Under the pieces are notes generated by a model, which did not search any database, was not told where the DNA came from, and saw nothing but the letters and a program-made list of their open reading frames with translations. From Octopus vulgaris (Eukaryota), in the NCBI GenBank assembly GCA_951406725.2, contig OX597843.1:5580001-5644000 (forward strand): a stretch of DNA of 64,000 nt, in the 5' to 3' direction. Both the position numbers and the translations under genes were made by a program. This document shows, piece by piece, positions 62,371 through 64,000 of the stretch. How positions within the stretch are numbered: the first letter of the stretch is position 1; the number at the start of each line of letters is the position of its first letter.

Positions 62371-62966
62371 GTATATATATACATACATATATACGTTGGG
62401 CTTCTTTTCAGTTTCCGTCTACCAAATCGACTCACAAGGTTTTGGTCGACCTGAGGCTATAGCAGAAGACACTTGCCCAAGACATTTGTGGTTCGGCAGT
62501 GTTTCTACAGCTGGATGCCCTTCCTAACACCAACCACACCGTCAGTGTAGTGGGTGCTTTTTACGTGCCACCGGCACAGAGGCCAGGCGAGACTGGCAAC
62601 GGCCGTGATCGGTTGAGGCCAGTCGAGGAGACATTAAATGATAATGATGGTGATGATGAACACAATGTGTCACCTGGTTCAGGAATCAAACCCCAAATCT
62701 TCCAATCACAAGTCTGACACCCTAAGCACAAACCCACGTGTCCTCTACTGAGTGGGATCATTCGTTGGATATGAAATCCAACCATGTGTAACCCACAACA
62801 ATAAGAGTTATCCTGGCAACTGAAGCGCTTCGGGTGGATTTTAAGCTGTGAGATGTGGACCATTCACGCATTTAACGACGAATATTGCAAGCAATGTGTT
62901 ACCTTGTCGTGTGTGTGAATCGTAAGGGTTGGTTGGAGTAAAGCAAGCACCAAGATTAAGCTCTTA

Positions 62967-63112
62967 TATAACGATTCATCACTGTTACGTAACGATCCAT
63001 AACTATTATATAACGATTCATAACTTATATAACGATCCGTAATTGTTATATAACGATTTGTAACTGTTACATAACGATTCGTAATTGTTATATAGCGAAT
63101 CATAACCGTTAT
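62967..63112. repeat. 21-bp minisatellite, ~7 copies
   Basis: Unit approximately ataacgattcgtaactgttat. Confidence 0.8.
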
Positions 63113-64000
63113 ATATATATATATATATGTATGTATATAGGTGTGTGAATGGGTTTGTGTTGGGGGTGTGGGGTGAGCGTGTATTGAATAGAAAACATGA
63201 AAAGCAATTTAATAAATGCAAAATATCATGATGTTACATAAATTGAAAAACCTGTGGCGCAACTTAGGGTCACCATCATCGCACAATTGTAACAAGAAAC
63301 ATACAAAGAGACACACACATATGTATATATATGTATGCACACATACACCATCTATTTATACATTCTCTACAATTTCCCCATTATACACACACGCACACAC
63401 ATATATATACTCTTTTACCCTTTTACTTGTTTCAGTCATTTGACTGTGGCCATGCTGGAGCACAGCCTTTAGTCGAACAAATCGACCCCCAGGACTTATT
63501 CTTTGTAGGCCTAGTACTTATTCTATCGATCTCTTTTGCCGAACCACTAAGTTACGGGGACGTAAACACACCAGCATCGGTGCCAGTACCTCCCCACTGA
63601 CTCCTGTGCCAGTGGCACATAAAAAGCACCCACTACACTCTCGAAGTGGTTGGCATTAGGAAGGGCATCCAGCTGTAGAATGCAAGACATCTGTGTTTGG
63701 AGTAAAAGAACTCCATTTGATTTTTTTTTAAATGCGAAGAAGGCATTTTTGGCGGAATTGTTCTAACAATTTAAAATGCTTTTCATAGCAATTCCATTTT
63801 TTTCACAAGAATACAACAGGAATGGTAAGACGGATGATCTGTAAAGAGCCAGCCCTGTATTCTTATTTATATGTGGCGAACGGCCACGCTCGGATGGTGT
63901 TTTTTTATGTGCCACCGTCTGGCACCTGTGTCGGTGGCACATAAAAAACACCATCCGAGCGTGGCCGTTCGCCAGCCTCGTCTGGCACCTGTGTCGGTGG

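Overview
Repeat-rich eukaryotic DNA. The SINE/RTE repertoire and the long (TA)n/(CA)n tracts suggest an octopus or other coleoid cephalopod (inference). Three host genes can be read from the sequence. (1) Minus strand, 19793->3380: an 11-exon ADAD-like (ADAR-family) gene of 627 aa with two dsRNA-binding domains and a deaminase domain. It has lost all three Zn ligands and the catalytic Glu but keeps most of the IP6 pocket. (2) Plus strand, 35696-35941: an uninterrupted DPH3 ORF. (3) Plus strand, 42067-42786: an RFXAP-like ORF. Splice and poly(A) signals suggest DPH3 and RFXAP may share one spliced, bicistronic transcript. Several Penelope-type hammerhead ribozyme motifs occur in the repeat fraction, two with intact cores (45986-46067 and 50475-50595, minus strand). 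The remainder is tRNA-derived SINEs, RTE/CR1/R4 LINE fragments (including a ~2.9 kb decayed RTE), non-autonomous Helitrons, MITEs, mariner/Tc1 remnants and microsatellites. Bases 1-2870 look like a garbled duplicate of 2950-5850, probably an assembly artefact. All calls were made by eye without database searches. Exon boundaries were checked for GT-AG and phase; repeat boundaries are approximate.
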